This document shows positions 8,583 through 18,891 of a DNA stretch of 64,000 nt, piece by piece. Both the position numbers and the translations under genes were made by a program. Source of the stretch: Escherichia phage mogra. Where the stretch lies: sequence record MN850579.1, one strand, 5' to 3'. The notes beneath the pieces were generated by a model. The model did not search any database, was not told the origin of the DNA, and worked only from the letters and a program-made list of their open reading frames with translations. The stretch's first letter is position 1; the number at the start of each line of letters is the position of its first letter.

Positions 8583-8618
8583 TTGTACAAACTCTTGAGA
8601 GCAGAGTATAATGCTCTC
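8583..8618 (+). promoter_or_regulatory. T4-type early promoter (ndd) with TATAAT inside a 7-bp stem-loop
   Basis: TTGTACA -35-like (8583-8589), TATAAT at 8607-8612, dyad GAGAGCA(8597-8603)/TGCTCTC(8612-8618); ndd ATG at 8657. Confidence 0.6.
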
Positions 8619-8656
8619 ATGGATTACAAAAACATTAATCAATTGAGGAAATTAGC

Positions 8657-9103
8657 ATGTCCAAATATTTAACTCGTAAAGACCTTCTGGCAGTTGGTGG
8701 TGAAGTTGTTGCAGTAGTTCGTAATGGCGAATACGGTTCCGAAGTTTCTAAAGAGTTTCGCTCTCGTGAAGGTTTTTACTTCTTTGTTAAAAGTTCATCT
8801 GATTGGCGACAAGTAGCAGCACGTTTCTTTGTAGGACGTCAACGTTCTAAACAAGGGTTGGATGCAATTCTTTCTCACATTCGCCAAGGCCGTTCGCAAC
8901 TAGCCCGTACCATGGGTACTAACAATATTGAATATGATGTAATCTTTGTTGCAGCTAAGAACATGAAACCACTGACCACTGGTTATGGTAAAGGTCAATT
9001 GGCTCTGGCATTCACTCGCAACCATACATCAGAATATCAAACACTCACTGAAATGAACCGTCTTCTGGCTGATAATTTCAAATTCATTCTGCAGAGTTAC
9101 TAA
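8657..9103 (+). CDS. ndd: Ndd nucleoid disruption protein (148 aa)
   Basis: Segments ...[11 protein letters not shown]..., ...[14 protein letters not shown]... and C-terminus ...[21 protein letters not shown]...LADNFKF... match recalled T4 Ndd (151 aa). Confidence 0.8.
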   Translation: MSKYLTRKDLLAVGGEVVAVVRNGEYGSEVSKEFRSREGFYFFVKSSSDWRQVAARFFVGRQRSKQGLDAILSHIRQGRSQLARTMGTNNIEYDVIFVAAKNMKPLTTGYGKGQLALAFTRNHTSEYQTLTEMNRLLADNFKFILQSY

Positions 9104-9155
9104 TTTATACAGGCCTATTAAGTTGGGCCTTTAATTTATTTTTGAGGTAATTAAA

Positions 9156-9302
9156 ATGGTAGCATGGATTATTGCATTGCTGTGTTGGTCGTTTTTATTC
9201 GTTAACACTTTAGTTACAGGCGAAACAACAGTATTTCAACAGGCCGTATCACAAGGTACCTTAGCGGTCTTAGCTCTTCTTAACGTGTTAAAAGGCGAGT
9301 AA
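9156..9302 (+). CDS. small hydrophobic protein (48 aa), possible membrane peptide
   Basis: ATG ORF with GAGGTAA RBS; MVAWIIALLCWSFLFVNTLVTG... is one predicted TM helix; below the size cut-off of the ORF track; sits between ndd and 52 where T4 has ac/stp-class small genes. Confidence 0.3.
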   Translation: MVAWIIALLCWSFLFVNTLVTGETTVFQQAVSQGTLAVLALLNVLKGE

Positions 9303-9442
9303 TGATTAAGAAAATCTTAGCAGGAGCCTTCGGGCTCTTGTTGTTGCTTACGGTTCTGTACTACGGTGTGATGTTTGGGCTAATCCAAGTAGTGCTTTTC
9401 ATTTCAGATGTTATAATGGTTATTCGTTCATTAATATGGTGA
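9302..9442 (+). CDS. small hydrophobic protein (46 aa), possible membrane peptide
   Basis: ATG overlaps the stop of the previous micro-ORF (TAATG coupling); MIKKILAGAFGLLLLLTVLYYGVMFGLIQVVLFISDVIM is largely hydrophobic. Confidence 0.3.
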   Translation: MIKKILAGAFGLLLLLTVLYYGVMFGLIQVVLFISDVIMVIRSLIW

Positions 9443-9446
9443 AAAT

Positions 9447-10772
9447 ATGCAATTGAATTCTCGTAATCTAAAAAGTATTATTGATAACGAAGCCTTAGCA
9501 TATGCGATGTACACCGTTGAAAACCGTGCAATCCCAAACATGATTGATGGATTTAAGCCGGTTCAACGTTTTGTGGTTCATCGTGCGTTAGATTTGGCTC
9601 GTGGTAATAAAGAAAAATTTCATAAACTTGCGTCAATTGCAGGCGGTGTTGCAGATTTAGGTTATCACCATGGTGAATCTTCTGCACAAGATGCAGGTGC
9701 ATTAATGGCTAACACATGGAACAACAACTATCCACTGTTAGATGGCCAAGGCAACTTTGGTTCTAGAACAGTCCAAAAAGCTGCAGCATCTCGTTATATT
9801 TTTGCTCGTGTAAGTAAAAATTTCTATAACGTATATAAAGATACTGAATATGCTCCAGCTCATGAAGATAAAGAACACGTTCCACCAAAATTCTATCTTC
9901 CTATTATTCCGACAGTTCTTTTGAATGGTGTATCTGGTATTGCAACCGGTTACGCAACAAATATTCTGCCTCATAGTTTTAAATCAGTCAAAAAGGCTGT
10001 ATTACAAGCTCTTCAAGGTAAAAATGTCACTAAGCCAAAAGTTGAATTCCCGGAATTCCGCGGTGAAGTACATGAAGTTGATGGGCGTTATGAGATTCAC
10101 GGAACATATAAGTTCACATCTCGCACTCAAATGCAGATAACTGAAATCCCATATAAATTCGACCGTGAAACGTATGTGAGTAAGGTTCTTGACCCGTTGG
10201 AAGACAAAGGTCTAATCTCATGGGAAGATGATTGCGGTGAACATGGCTTTGGGTTTAAGGTGAAGTTCCGTAAAGAGTACTCGCTTCCTGATGATGAAGA
10301 GCTACGTCATGAAAAAATCATGAAAGATTTTAGTCTCATCGAACGTCGTTCACAAAACATCACAGTGATTAATGAAAAGGGTAAATTAGCTGTCTATGAT
10401 AACGTAGTGGACTTAATCAAAGATTTTGTTGAAGTCCGTAAGACTTACGTTCAGAAACGTATTGACAACAAAATCATTGAATCTGAAAAAGCATTTAAAC
10501 TGGCTTTTGCTAAGGCGCACTTCATCAAAAAAGTTATCAACGGTGAAATTGTGATTCAGGGCAAGACTCGTAAAGCTTTGACTGAAGAGCTAGCACAAAT
10601 CGAAATGTATAAAGAACATGTCGATAAACTGGTAGGTCTTAACATCTTCCATATCACTTCCGATGAAGCACGTAAACTAGCAGAAGAAGCTAAAGCTAAG
10701 AAAGAAGAAAATGAGTATTGGAAGTCTACTGATGTTGTGACAGAGTACACTAAAGACTTGGAGGCACTTTGA
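9447..10772 (+). CDS. 52: DNA topoisomerase II medium subunit gp52 (441 aa)
   Basis: GyrA-like N-terminus ...AYAMYTVENRAIPNMIDGFKPVQRFVVHRA... with the breakage-reunion region; size matches T4 gp52 (442 aa as recalled); synteny with motA. Confidence 0.9.
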   Translation: MQLNSRNLKSIIDNEALAYAMYTVENRAIPNMIDGFKPVQRFVVHRALDLARGNKEKFHKLASIAGGVADLGYHHGESSAQDAGALMANTWNNNYPLLDGQGNFGSRTVQKAAASRYIFARVSKNFYNVYKDTEYAPAHEDKEHVPPKFYLPIIPTVLLNGVSGIATGYATNILPHSFKSVKKAVLQALQGKNVTKPKVEFPEFRGEVHEVDGRYEIHGTYKFTSRTQMQITEIPYKFDRETYVSKVLDPLEDKGLISWEDDCGEHGFGFKVKFRKEYSLPDDEELRHEKIMKDFSLIERRSQNITVINEKGKLAVYDNVVDLIKDFVEVRKTYVQKRIDNKIIESEKAFKLAFAKAHFIKKVINGEIVIQGKTRKALTEELAQIEMYKEHVDKLVGLNIFHITSDEARKLAEEAKAKKEENEYWKSTDVVTEYTKDLEAL

Positions 10773-10849
10773 GTGCCCTAGCCTTAGGATTTCTCGGTGC
10801 AATAGCTGCACTAGTGATTTGGCTGTATTGGTTGGACAAACATGATTAA

Positions 10850-10868
10850 GGAGCTTCGGCTCCTTTTT
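10850..10868 (+). terminator. intrinsic terminator (GGAGCTTCGGCTCC + T5)
   Basis: UUCG-loop hairpin 10850-10863 followed by TTTTT. Confidence 0.65.
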
Positions 10869-10889
10869 GTGCATTTTTCTCACAAAACA

Positions 10890-10918
10890 GTTTACATGTG
10901 CTTCAAACATGATATTAT
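10890..10918 (+). promoter_or_regulatory. T4-type early promoter for motA
   Basis: GTTTACA at 10890-10896 and TATTAT at 10913-10918; motA ATG at 10958 preceded by a GGAGAAA RBS. Confidence 0.55.
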
Positions 10919-10957
10919 AGACCTATCAAAACAAAACAACCAAATTGGAGAAACAAA

Positions 10958-11608
10958 ATGTCTAAAGTTACTTACATCATCAAAGCTTCTGAAAACGCTC
11001 TGAATGAAAAAACTGCTGCAATAATGGTTTATATCATTAAGAACAACTTCACCACCGCTGCCAATGTCCGTGAAGCCCTGGAAGCGGAATACAATGCATC
11101 GGTTGTTAACTCTAACATTGGTGTATTGATTAAGAAAGGTTTAGTCGAAAAATCCGGTGATGGACTTGTAGCAACAGGCGAAGCAATGGATATTATCCAA
11201 AAAGCTGCAGACCTATTTGCTCAAGAAAATGCTCCAGAACTTCTTCAGAAACGTAACACCAGAAAAGCACGTGGAGTTACTCCTGAAATGCATGAATTAG
11301 CAAACTTTGTTTTTGAAAATATTAAAGATAAAGTTGAAGTTAAAGAAATTGGTGAAAACCGTAGTAACTTAGAAGTTCGATTTGCAAAACGAGTTCTAGG
11401 TATTCGTCAGATCGAAATTCGTCGAGATGGCGCTCTTAGAATCTTTGCATACAACATGTCAGAAACTGAATCAAAGCTGTTTACTTCTCTTGAAAATGAT
11501 GTTAAGATTAAGATCGGTGGTAAATATACTTACATTGACTTCCCTAATGTGTCCAAAGAAATCATTACCCTTGTAACTAATGTACTGTCAGGAATACATA
11601 ATGAATAA
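10958..11608 (+). CDS. motA: MotA activator of middle-mode transcription (216 aa)
   Basis: N-terminus MSKVTYIIKAS... and ...VVNSNIGVLIKKGLVEKSGDGL... match recalled T4 MotA (211 aa); adjacent to gene 52 as in T4. Confidence 0.85.
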   Translation: MSKVTYIIKASENALNEKTAAIMVYIIKNNFTTAANVREALEAEYNASVVNSNIGVLIKKGLVEKSGDGLVATGEAMDIIQKAADLFAQENAPELLQKRNTRKARGVTPEMHELANFVFENIKDKVEVKEIGENRSNLEVRFAKRVLGIRQIEIRRDGALRIFAYNMSETESKLFTSLENDVKIKIGGKYTYIDFPNVSKEIITLVTNVLSGIHNE

Positions 11609-11945
11609 GCTGAATATTATTAACGAACTTCGTAAATGTGCAGAACCTACTCAGGAAGGATGGGATATTTGGTACCATGGAGCTTATCTTGGAACTATCG
11701 TTAAAGTTAGAGCTGGGTTATATTTAATTATTCGCGAAAATTCTGAATTCCATAATGGAGTAGCTCCTGGTGGTATACGTAAAAACTTTATGGCAGCGAT
11801 CAGTTCATTTGTTGATGCAGCTTACGAAATCTATAAAGAAGATTATAAAGAATATCAGCAGTCACAACCGGTTATTCGTTCAATTGGTGTTAATAAACAA
11901 GCACAAAAATCTATTTGGCAACGTATTAAGGAATGGTTTAAATGA
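11601..11945 (+). CDS. hypothetical protein (114 aa)
   Basis: ATG 11601 with AGGAA RBS (track start 11580 is further upstream in the same frame); early-region small ORF, no motif. Confidence 0.45.
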   Translation: MNKLNIINELRKCAEPTQEGWDIWYHGAYLGTIVKVRAGLYLIIRENSEFHNGVAPGGIRKNFMAAISSFVDAAYEIYKEDYKEYQQSQPVIRSIGVNKQAQKSIWQRIKEWFK

Positions 11946-12403
11946 AAACTTTTAAAGAACGTTTAGCTCTGTTAGATAAAGCTTTGTCGCGTGAGACTCC
12001 GGAAAGTCTGGCTGCTAAATTAGCTTCTTACGGTGGTGAATATACAGAACAAAATGTTTTAGATGAAGTTCCTGAAATCTGTTGGCAGACTCTGTATTGG
12101 GATGAAAACCAAAAGTATCAACGACGAATTGTCTGCGCAGCCAACCGTTTTAAATTAAAAGATGGACGAACTCTTATTATTCCAGGTGCTCGTCATTATT
12201 CTAAAGATATGGCAGAAGTTTTAGATGTAGTTAAACCTCAATTAGTTACTCAACAAGTTTGTGATGACGACCAAGGGTTTATTGACCAATATAGTAATTA
12301 TTGGACACGTGAAGAAGCAATGATTATTGCAACTTACGCTGGACAAGTACGTATTGAACGTGGTGGTAATGAAAAAGAACTTTATTCAGAGGACCTTTAT
12401 TAA
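11942..12403 (+). CDS. hypothetical protein (153 aa)
   Basis: ORF translationally coupled to neighbours (ATGA overlap); no motif recognised. Confidence 0.5.
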   Translation: MKTFKERLALLDKALSRETPESLAAKLASYGGEYTEQNVLDEVPEICWQTLYWDENQKYQRRIVCAANRFKLKDGRTLIIPGARHYSKDMAEVLDVVKPQLVTQQVCDDDQGFIDQYSNYWTREEAMIIATYAGQVRIERGGNEKELYSEDLY

Positions 12404-12684
12404 TGAATATTAAACAACTCCAGAAAGATGCTATTGAATCACGTATCCAAGATATCAAACGTCTTAATCATATAATGGAAGAAAATTATGGTATGTATGC
12501 TAATCAGCCTGGTTGGGATGCTTTAGACCATCCTTATTTGGTTAATTTATGTAAAGGTGATACGTTAGCAATTATTCGTGATGGGTTAAAACCTTTCTTG
12601 CGCGACATGTATATTAAAATGAACGAAGAAATTATTAGCTCGTTGCAGTATCAATTAAGGAAATTAGATGATGAGAATAATTGA
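12403..12684 (+). CDS. hypothetical protein (93 aa)
   Basis: ORF with TAATG-type coupling to the upstream gene. Confidence 0.5.
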   Translation: MNIKQLQKDAIESRIQDIKRLNHIMEENYGMYANQPGWDALDHPYLVNLCKGDTLAIIRDGLKPFLRDMYIKMNEEIISSLQYQLRKLDDENN

Positions 12685-12895
12685 TTCTAAAGCAGATTAT
12701 TTTAATTCTGTTAATGATAAGAATAAAGCTTTAATTCGTCACTTTATTACTGAGATAGGATATACTAACTCTAAAGATTTGAAAGAGCACATTATCGAAT
12801 GTTCTGTGGCTAAAAAGTTTTCTTTCACAGACAAATGTTTAAATGAGGTTATAAAGCATTATGAACAATCTTGTAGCAAAACACGATTTCAATAA
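12668..12895 (+). CDS. hypothetical protein (75 aa)
   Basis: ORF overlapping the previous stop; no motif. Confidence 0.4.
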   Translation: MMRIIDSKADYFNSVNDKNKALIRHFITEIGYTNSKDLKEHIIECSVAKKFSFTDKCLNEVIKHYEQSCSKTRFQ

Positions 12896-12969
12896 GGCTT
12901 CTGTTCATAAGGACAAGAAGAAATCAGAACTTCAATCTAAACCCAAACAAAAACATAAGGGTAAAGACT

Positions 12970-13269
12970 ATGTTTACTAAAATCAAAGAAAATCCTGCCA
13001 CTGAACTTGTTATTCGTTGTGAAGAACTTGCAGAGCTTTATCAGGTTAACCGAGAAGTGTGTCGTAGTGTTATCGTAGATATGGCAGACGAAGTATGTTC
13101 TCGTATTCCTTTTAGTGTCGATTTCAATCATATGAAGCCTGGTGAAATCACTATCGTCTTTGGTTCTGACTATACTGAAGAACGGGCTCTTAATGTCCTA
13201 GAATATGAAATGTCATTCTTCGACATACAGGACTACATTGATAGTTATAAGGAACAATATGAGTCATAA
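12970..13269 (+). CDS. hypothetical acidic protein (99 aa); position compatible with an Arn-like anti-restriction protein
   Basis: Acidic composition; located between motA and asiA where T4 carries arn. Assignment is positional only. Confidence 0.4.
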   Translation: MFTKIKENPATELVIRCEELAELYQVNREVCRSVIVDMADEVCSRIPFSVDFNHMKPGEITIVFGSDYTEERALNVLEYEMSFFDIQDYIDSYKEQYES

Positions 13270-13420
13270 TCTTCAGAACGTAGTAGAGGCCGAACGTGAG
13301 CGTGAGGCTTTAGTCTATAATGAACTATTAGTTCCATTCTTGGCCTTACACTCGTATGAACAGGAAGACTACATTGATTACGTTAAAAGCGTAGAAAAAG
13401 CCGTTTACAATCAACACTGA
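13259..13420 (+). CDS. small hypothetical protein (53 aa from ATG 13259)
   Basis: AGGAACAAT RBS plus ATG at 13259; the longer track ORF (13205) would overlap the upstream gene by 65 nt. Confidence 0.35.
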   Translation: MSHNLQNVVEAEREREALVYNELLVPFLALHSYEQEDYIDYVKSVEKAVYNQH

Positions 13421-13466
13421 TAATGGTACTATATCCATATCAACTAAGTGGAATGAATAAAACGTT

Positions 13467-13739
13467 ATGAATAAAGACATTGAAATCGTACGCGAAATTA
13501 TTACTATTGCTTCTATTTTGATTAAATTCTCTAGGGAAGATATTGTTGAAGACCGAGCAAGTTTTATCGGTTTCTTGAATGAGATTGGAATTAAAAAAGA
13601 TGGTCGGCAGCTAAATCAGAATTCTTTTAGAAAACTAATTACAAATTTAACTGCCGAAGAAAAGAAAACACTGATTAGTGAATTCAATGAAGGTTTTGAA
13701 AATATTTATCGTCATTTAGCGATGTATTCTAACAACTAA
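13467..13739 (+). CDS. asiA: AsiA anti-sigma-70 factor (90 aa)
   Basis: MNKDIEIVREIITIASILIKFSREDIVEDRASFIGFLNEIG...LISEFNEGFENIYRHL aligns along its whole length with recalled T4 AsiA (90 aa). Confidence 0.85.
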   Translation: MNKDIEIVREIITIASILIKFSREDIVEDRASFIGFLNEIGIKKDGRQLNQNSFRKLITNLTAEEKKTLISEFNEGFENIYRHLAMYSNN

Positions 13740-14399
13740 TTATTTAGCCCTTCCTAGTATTCGGACCGCTTGGTTGCATATAGCTGCTAAGCGATCTTCC
13801 TCAAGTATATTACTCCCCTTATACCAATACATCGTCACAGTTCCAGCGTAGATGTTATCCAAATTAAAGTATGGACAACTATACATATAAGAAAGTTCGG
13901 CAGTCTTAGATTTTGTAGGCAAAAATGCAAATTCTGATTTAGACGAGAAATGACGGCCACTTAAATGAATTATATATTCATTGGCCGTTTTATCTACTGG
14001 GAATCCACCAAGGGACTTTTCAGAAATTGTGCTAGGCAGTTTGCCTTCATAAGCTATAAGGTCGACGAAATAATTTAAGTTTTTAGGTCTGAAAGAATAC
14101 ACAGCACTAAAATCTGCACCAGATGAGATATGAACTATTTGCAGTTGTTCTAGAGCCGCAGATTCAAAACGTAAAGCTCGTTCTTTTTGGATTATTTCAG
14201 TATAAGTATCGTACTTAGCTCTTACATAATAATCCAGCAAAATACTTCCTTTGTACCATATTAGTGCCATTAGGAACAAAAGAATAATTACCGCTACTCG
14301 GGACATTAAAACCTTTCCAGTAGCGTTATCTTTGAAAATACGATCTAGCAACCCAAATAGAATATCACTAAGCGAAAATGATACTTTTGGTGTTGCCAT
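13740..14399 (-). CDS. t: holin T (219 aa)
   Basis: ...SDILFGLLDRIFKDNATGKVLMSRVAVIILLF... and C-terminus ...YMYSCPYFNLDNIYAGTVTMYWY...RILGRAK match recalled T4 holin (218 aa). Confidence 0.9.
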   Translation of the reverse strand: MATPKVSFSLSDILFGLLDRIFKDNATGKVLMSRVAVIILLFLMALIWYKGSILLDYYVRAKYDTYTEIIQKERALRFESAALEQLQIVHISSGADFSAVYSFRPKNLNYFVDLIAYEGKLPSTISEKSLGGFPVDKTANEYIIHLSGRHFSSKSEFAFLPTKSKTAELSYMYSCPYFNLDNIYAGTVTMYWYKGSNILEEDRLAAICNQAVRILGRAK

Positions 14400-14408
14400 A
14401 ATACCTCC

Positions 14409-14960
14409 TTACTTAAAGATATTTATAATCGCTTTGATAATAGATTTGTTTTCAAGGTCAGGGAATTTAGGGAATTCGCCGCCAAGATGTTCATGTTTTT
14501 CTAAAAGGGCAAAGAATTTTTTGAGCTCTTTAAATTTTCGTTTTTCTTCTCTATTAGCAACCTCTGCGTCAATAAGAGAACTTAAAACACTGAATAATTT
14601 ATAGAGTTCATGAATTTTCTTATCACGTTGAACTACGCGTTTATATGCTTCATCTTCCTTCCACCCGTCGTCGGTCCAAATGTCAAATTCACCAGGTTCT
14701 TCCGTAGTAACATTTTGAAGAGCACCCGGAGTGTCAATAACAATTTTTTGCTTATCATAAGTCCATACTGTTTTTCCACGATGGTCTTCAACATATACCC
14801 ATTCTTGTTCGCGTTCATCAAATAAAACAGCATAGCCTTCTTTAGGGTCTAAAGGTTTTTTTGGTGTTGAATGAGCCGGAAATCCTACACCTTTTAATGG
14901 TTTATAATTTTCTTCTTTGTAAAATTCTTTAGTGTCAAAATAATAATGATAGAGTTTCAT
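14409..14960 (-). CDS. 38: gp38 tail fiber assembly/adhesin protein, T4-type (183 aa)
   Basis: MKLYHYYFDTKEFYKEENYKP...DEPGEFDIWTDDGWKED...LEKHEHLGGEFP matches recalled T4 gp38 (183 aa); directly downstream of gene 37. Confidence 0.85.
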   Translation of the reverse strand: MKLYHYYFDTKEFYKEENYKPLKGVGFPAHSTPKKPLDPKEGYAVLFDEREQEWVYVEDHRGKTVWTYDKQKIVIDTPGALQNVTTEEPGEFDIWTDDGWKEDEAYKRVVQRDKKIHELYKLFSVLSSLIDAEVANREEKRKFKELKKFFALLEKHEHLGGEFPKFPDLENKSIIKAIINIFK

Positions 14961-14965
14961 ATTAT

Positions 14966-14984
14966 AAAAAGGGACCGAAGTCCC
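14966..14984 (-). terminator. UUCG-loop hairpin plus T-run between genes 37 and 38 (minus strand)
   Basis: On the minus strand GGGACTTCGGTCCC (plus-strand 14971-14984) followed by TTTTT; sits in the 30-nt gap between gene 37 stop and gene 38 start. Confidence 0.45.
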
Positions 14985-14990
14985 TTCTCC

Positions 14991-17900
14991 TTATGCTAAA
15001 CGAACGATATAGTTAAAAGCAACGTTTTTAACAGTGTTTTCTGTATTTCCTGTGGCATTTACAGTTATTGTATGTCTATGGGAACCAATCGCTACCGAAT
15101 GAGAGTGGGCACCAATACCTACCGAATGGGTATGAGCACCAATACCCACAGTATGAGCATGGTTACCCGTAGAGCTAGTAGTACCAGACCAACTATGGGT
15201 GTGGGCACCGTCTGAAGAAGTTTTGGCCATATTCGACGATGCAGTAGCACCGCTCACGGTTGCAGTGAATTTAGCGTTGCCGTTTGCACCCGCACTATTG
15301 TATCCATCATAGAATATGCTAGTGGGTATGCCGCCTTGTACCTGAGGACCTGAACGCGCGTGTTGGTGCGCACCAGCGGAACTAGTATTACCACTCACTG
15401 TATGGTTATGGTTACCAGTGGTATTACTGGTCTTAGTACCATAATCAAAGCTTGAAGTAGTTTTGCTGCCGTAATCAAAACTAGAAGTGGTCTTAGTACC
15501 CAAATCTGTGCTTGATGCACTTGCACTATGGCTATGTGACTTAACACCGTCTGCTTCTGTACTCAATACAGCACGCCCAGATGGTTTACCCTTGATAGTT
15601 TGACCACGCATATCAGGCAGAGTGCCGGAAGGATACACCGCAGCTAACTTAGGATACAAGTCAGCATCAAATGTTTGACCTTCCATTATGGCATAACCTT
15701 CAGGAGGTGTATCAGTAGGCCATGGAATCGGAGCACCAATTGGATAGCTTGAGACGATATCTGTCTTAAGGTTATTTATTGTGGTATTCAAGTTAGCAAA
15801 ATTACCAGAACCACCAGTAATATTACCATCAGTACCAATACGAACATTACCAGCGCCTAATTTACCAGGAGAATAAAAATCACCGTTTTTATTAAATTCC
15901 CATCCAAGATCCTTTATAACAGCACCAGTAGAAACGCCGTCACCACCTTCATGATAATGAACTCTAAAGTTACCACCATTAATTAAAGTACCAATAGAAT
16001 AGCAACTATTATTTTGAACGTATCTTTGTTTCACAATAGGAACATAAGTGCTTGTATCTGTTCTATCAATATTCATATAGAACGGAGCACGAACGTTTTC
16101 ATTATTTTGTGAAGCAAAAGAACCGGCACCAGCAGGTCGTGCAGTATCAGTACATTCAGCGTCGATATATGCCGATTGTCCTAATTGCATACGGTAATTA
16201 GGAGAAATGCGACTATGGCTAGTTATAACAACAAGTTTATTATCATTATCAACGGTCACCATATTACCGCCAGCACCATCATCACCTAACGTAACAGAAT
16301 GGCGCATTTGAACCATACCGTTGTTAAGAGAAACACTCAATGGGCGAAGGTTAGAAATACCACCACTTTCACCTGCATCTTTAAATGTAGGTATAATATG
16401 CAAAGACGCTTCAGAACGACGGAAAATAGCACCGTATTCGGCATTCCAAATTCTTAATGCATCAGCAGTTCCGCCAAATTTGCCTTGACCGTTTACTGAC
16501 ATACCGTTATTAACACTCAAAGAAGATTCGGTTGTAATAGAACCAGAAGCAACAATACTACCTGAAGTCAATAAGCCACCGTTAACTCGGAATTGAATAG
16601 GTCCGACAGTAGAACCTGCACCAGGAGCAACTCGTTGAGAATAAAAATGGTAACCTTGTCCATCTGTTACTTCAAAAACTGTTTCACGGGAATGATCGCC
16701 AGATGCGTTAAAGGCATTACCCCATGCTTTAACAGTTACATAACTCTTATTCTGGCCTGCTCGAGTGCCGCCTTCCCAAAGGATTTGTTTGGTGCCATCA
16801 ATCGTGGTAGTTGCTGAAAAAGTCAAACCTGCTGTTGAGTTATTAGCTGCTAAATATACGCCGTTATATATTGAAAGCTGCTTAACAGATGTAATACCGC
16901 CATCAGCATAAAACCTTACATTATTAGCGCCTGTTACTAGTTTAAGAACACCCGGGTTAATTTCCATACCTTCTTGGGTATTAATATTCATTTGGCCTTT
17001 ACCGCGGAAATAGTGCGACATTTTTCCACCAGAGTTATAGCCAATATGCGTCTGACCGTCCCCTGCGTTATTCACATCCGCTTGAGTTTGGACTGATAAA
17101 AATGCAGCATTAGTACCAGGCATAATCCATGTAGTGCCTTGGTCTTCTGAGCGGCCAAATATACCTTTACGAGTACTACGGAAACTGTCAGGAGTGATAG
17201 AAGCAACAGATAAACCACTACCAACTAAATCATATACGCCGGTTTTTTTCCAACTCATCCCGGTTGCATTATCGCCAAGAGCAATATAAGCGGTATCATA
17301 TCCTAAAGCAGCGCCATTACCATAATCACTAGAAGGGAAATCGGCGGTCATAGTACCTATTGCGAGCGAGTTGCGTATAATCATACGCCCATCGTTGCGA
17401 ATACCTGTCTGTTTAAACGATGGTGTTGAACCGGTCCACCAAGAAATTTCATCCGATTGACCTGTCTGGGCCGATGCTAATTCGTGGAAAATAGTACCGC
17501 CGGATTTAGCTCGAACTTTACGGAGGTAGTTGACCGCATTCGTTTCACCGGTTCCACCATAAACATAGTTAACCAATGATTGTGAATCATAAGTACCAAA
17601 TGATTTACCGTCATGGTTAATTAAATTGACAGTCAAATTCGGCGTAGAAATAGATGTAGTAGCATTAACTTTAGGAGATTGGAATATACCACCATTACTG
17701 GAAATAAAATGGAACTCTATATTACCTGCACCGTCGGCAGAGCCTTGACGAACACGAAGAGTAATAGTACCTTCATTAGCTAATTGCGGTTTGGCATATA
17801 AAACACCGCGTTCACGACCGTCAGTATTTTCAAACCAAAAATGAGCATTTGATGTATCATTAGATGCGCGAGAATAAAATGAACCATTTCTTGCTCTATA

Positions 17901-18188
17901 AACTAAAGCACTCATTCCTGCGCCAGCGTAAATATCACCAGTAACTTGCATTCCGCCGGTTTGAGTGTAATCACCTTTGAGGGTTAAAAGTCCATTAATA
18001 GTCACATTTCCATCAACTTGGCCGCCTTTGGCAAACCCGAGACTAATAATATTACCGAGGTCATCTTTAGTAAAAAGAGTTCGATCTTTTAAGTTTATCG
18101 CTAATTCGCCTTCGGCTAATTGTGCTGCAGTAGGATTAACTCCTGCCACTTTGCTTCTTTTAAATTGTATCTGTTTTAATGTAGCCAT
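14991..18188 (-). CDS. 37: gp37 long tail fiber distal subunit, receptor-binding (1065 aa)
   Basis: N-terminus [13 protein letters not shown]...; C-terminal His-box array (GAHTHSWSG...[33 protein letters not shown]) and terminal ...NYIVRLA typical of the T4 gp37 needle domain; T4 size 1026 aa as recalled. Confidence 0.9.
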   Translation of the reverse strand: MATLKQIQFKRSKVAGVNPTAAQLAEGELAINLKDRTLFTKDDLGNIISLGFAKGGQVDGNVTINGLLTLKGDYTQTGGMQVTGDIYAGAGMSALVYRARNGSFYSRASNDTSNAHFWFENTDGRERGVLYAKPQLANEGTITLRVRQGSADGAGNIEFHFISSNGGIFQSPKVNATTSISTPNLTVNLINHDGKSFGTYDSQSLVNYVYGGTGETNAVNYLRKVRAKSGGTIFHELASAQTGQSDEISWWTGSTPSFKQTGIRNDGRMIIRNSLAIGTMTADFPSSDYGNGAALGYDTAYIALGDNATGMSWKKTGVYDLVGSGLSVASITPDSFRSTRKGIFGRSEDQGTTWIMPGTNAAFLSVQTQADVNNAGDGQTHIGYNSGGKMSHYFRGKGQMNINTQEGMEINPGVLKLVTGANNVRFYADGGITSVKQLSIYNGVYLAANNSTAGLTFSATTTIDGTKQILWEGGTRAGQNKSYVTVKAWGNAFNASGDHSRETVFEVTDGQGYHFYSQRVAPGAGSTVGPIQFRVNGGLLTSGSIVASGSITTESSLSVNNGMSVNGQGKFGGTADALRIWNAEYGAIFRRSEASLHIIPTFKDAGESGGISNLRPLSVSLNNGMVQMRHSVTLGDDGAGGNMVTVDNDNKLVVITSHSRISPNYRMQLGQSAYIDAECTDTARPAGAGSFASQNNENVRAPFYMNIDRTDTSTYVPIVKQRYVQNNSCYSIGTLINGGNFRVHYHEGGDGVSTGAVIKDLGWEFNKNGDFYSPGKLGAGNVRIGTDGNITGGSGNFANLNTTINNLKTDIVSSYPIGAPIPWPTDTPPEGYAIMEGQTFDADLYPKLAAVYPSGTLPDMRGQTIKGKPSGRAVLSTEADGVKSHSHSASASSTDLGTKTTSSFDYGSKTTSSFDYGTKTSNTTGNHNHTVSGNTSSAGAHQHARSGPQVQGGIPTSIFYDGYNSAGANGNAKFTATVSGATASSNMAKTSSDGAHTHSWSGTTSSTGNHAHTVGIGAHTHSVGIGAHSHSVAIGSHRHTITVNATGNTENTVKNVAFNYIVRLA

Positions 18189-18196
18189 AAGTCCTC

Positions 18197-18859
18197 TTAA
18201 TAATAGCCGAAATCTTGAACAGAATCTTTAATTACAATCTGGTCGAAACGAGGAACATGATTAGCCTCAGACGCCGGATTCTGTGAGAAAAAGTTTGGTG
18301 CTGTTAAAGTACCAGTCATGGTATCGCCTTTACGCAATACACGGGAATTTGCGTTATCCGTAACAATATTTATTCGTCCATCAACATAATCTTTACGAGT
18401 AAGGTCATTTGCTGCTATAGGAGCAGTAGCGTTAGAACGGACAGGACCAATTGCATAAAAACCACCCTTAGTGCTGATATCACCGGTACGAGCGTTAATT
18501 ACAACAGTTCGGTCTGCTGAACCTTGTGATGACTTAAAACCAATACCATTCCACGAAACGATGTCAATATTTGCCATATCAAAAGTAGCTGCATCACCGT
18601 TACCTGGATAAACACCACACTGTTGACTACTACCTACAGTAGGAACATGTACTCCTCCATTAAATCGAACAGTTGCAGCGTAAGTACCACCATTAGCTTT
18701 AGAAACGAAATCGTTATCAGCCGCTTGTGGTTTATTATATTCTGAATAAAGTTTAAACGTTTTATACAGGACGTCATCACCTGCTGGCATTAAAGGGAAA
18801 TTACCTTGATGCCATATGACAGCACCGCCAGTTGTACTACCAGCTTTTAAATCGGCCAT
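18197..18859 (-). CDS. 36: gp36 long tail fiber distal connector (220 aa)
   Basis: Size (T4 221 aa) and position between genes 35 and 37; preceded on the minus strand by a TATAAATA late promoter and GGAGA RBS. Confidence 0.8.
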   Translation of the reverse strand: MADLKAGSTTGGAVIWHQGNFPLMPAGDDVLYKTFKLYSEYNKPQAADNDFVSKANGGTYAATVRFNGGVHVPTVGSSQQCGVYPGNGDAATFDMANIDIVSWNGIGFKSSQGSADRTVVINARTGDISTKGGFYAIGPVRSNATAPIAANDLTRKDYVDGRINIVTDNANSRVLRKGDTMTGTLTAPNFFSQNPASEANHVPRFDQIVIKDSVQDFGYY

Positions 18860-18883
18860 AGTTGTCTCCTTATATGTATACCA

Positions 18884-18891
18884 TATTTATA
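18884..18891 (-). promoter_or_regulatory. late promoter (TATAAATA) for gene 36
   Basis: Exact T4 late consensus TATAAATA on the minus strand, about 25 nt upstream of the gene 36 ATG. Confidence 0.6.
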
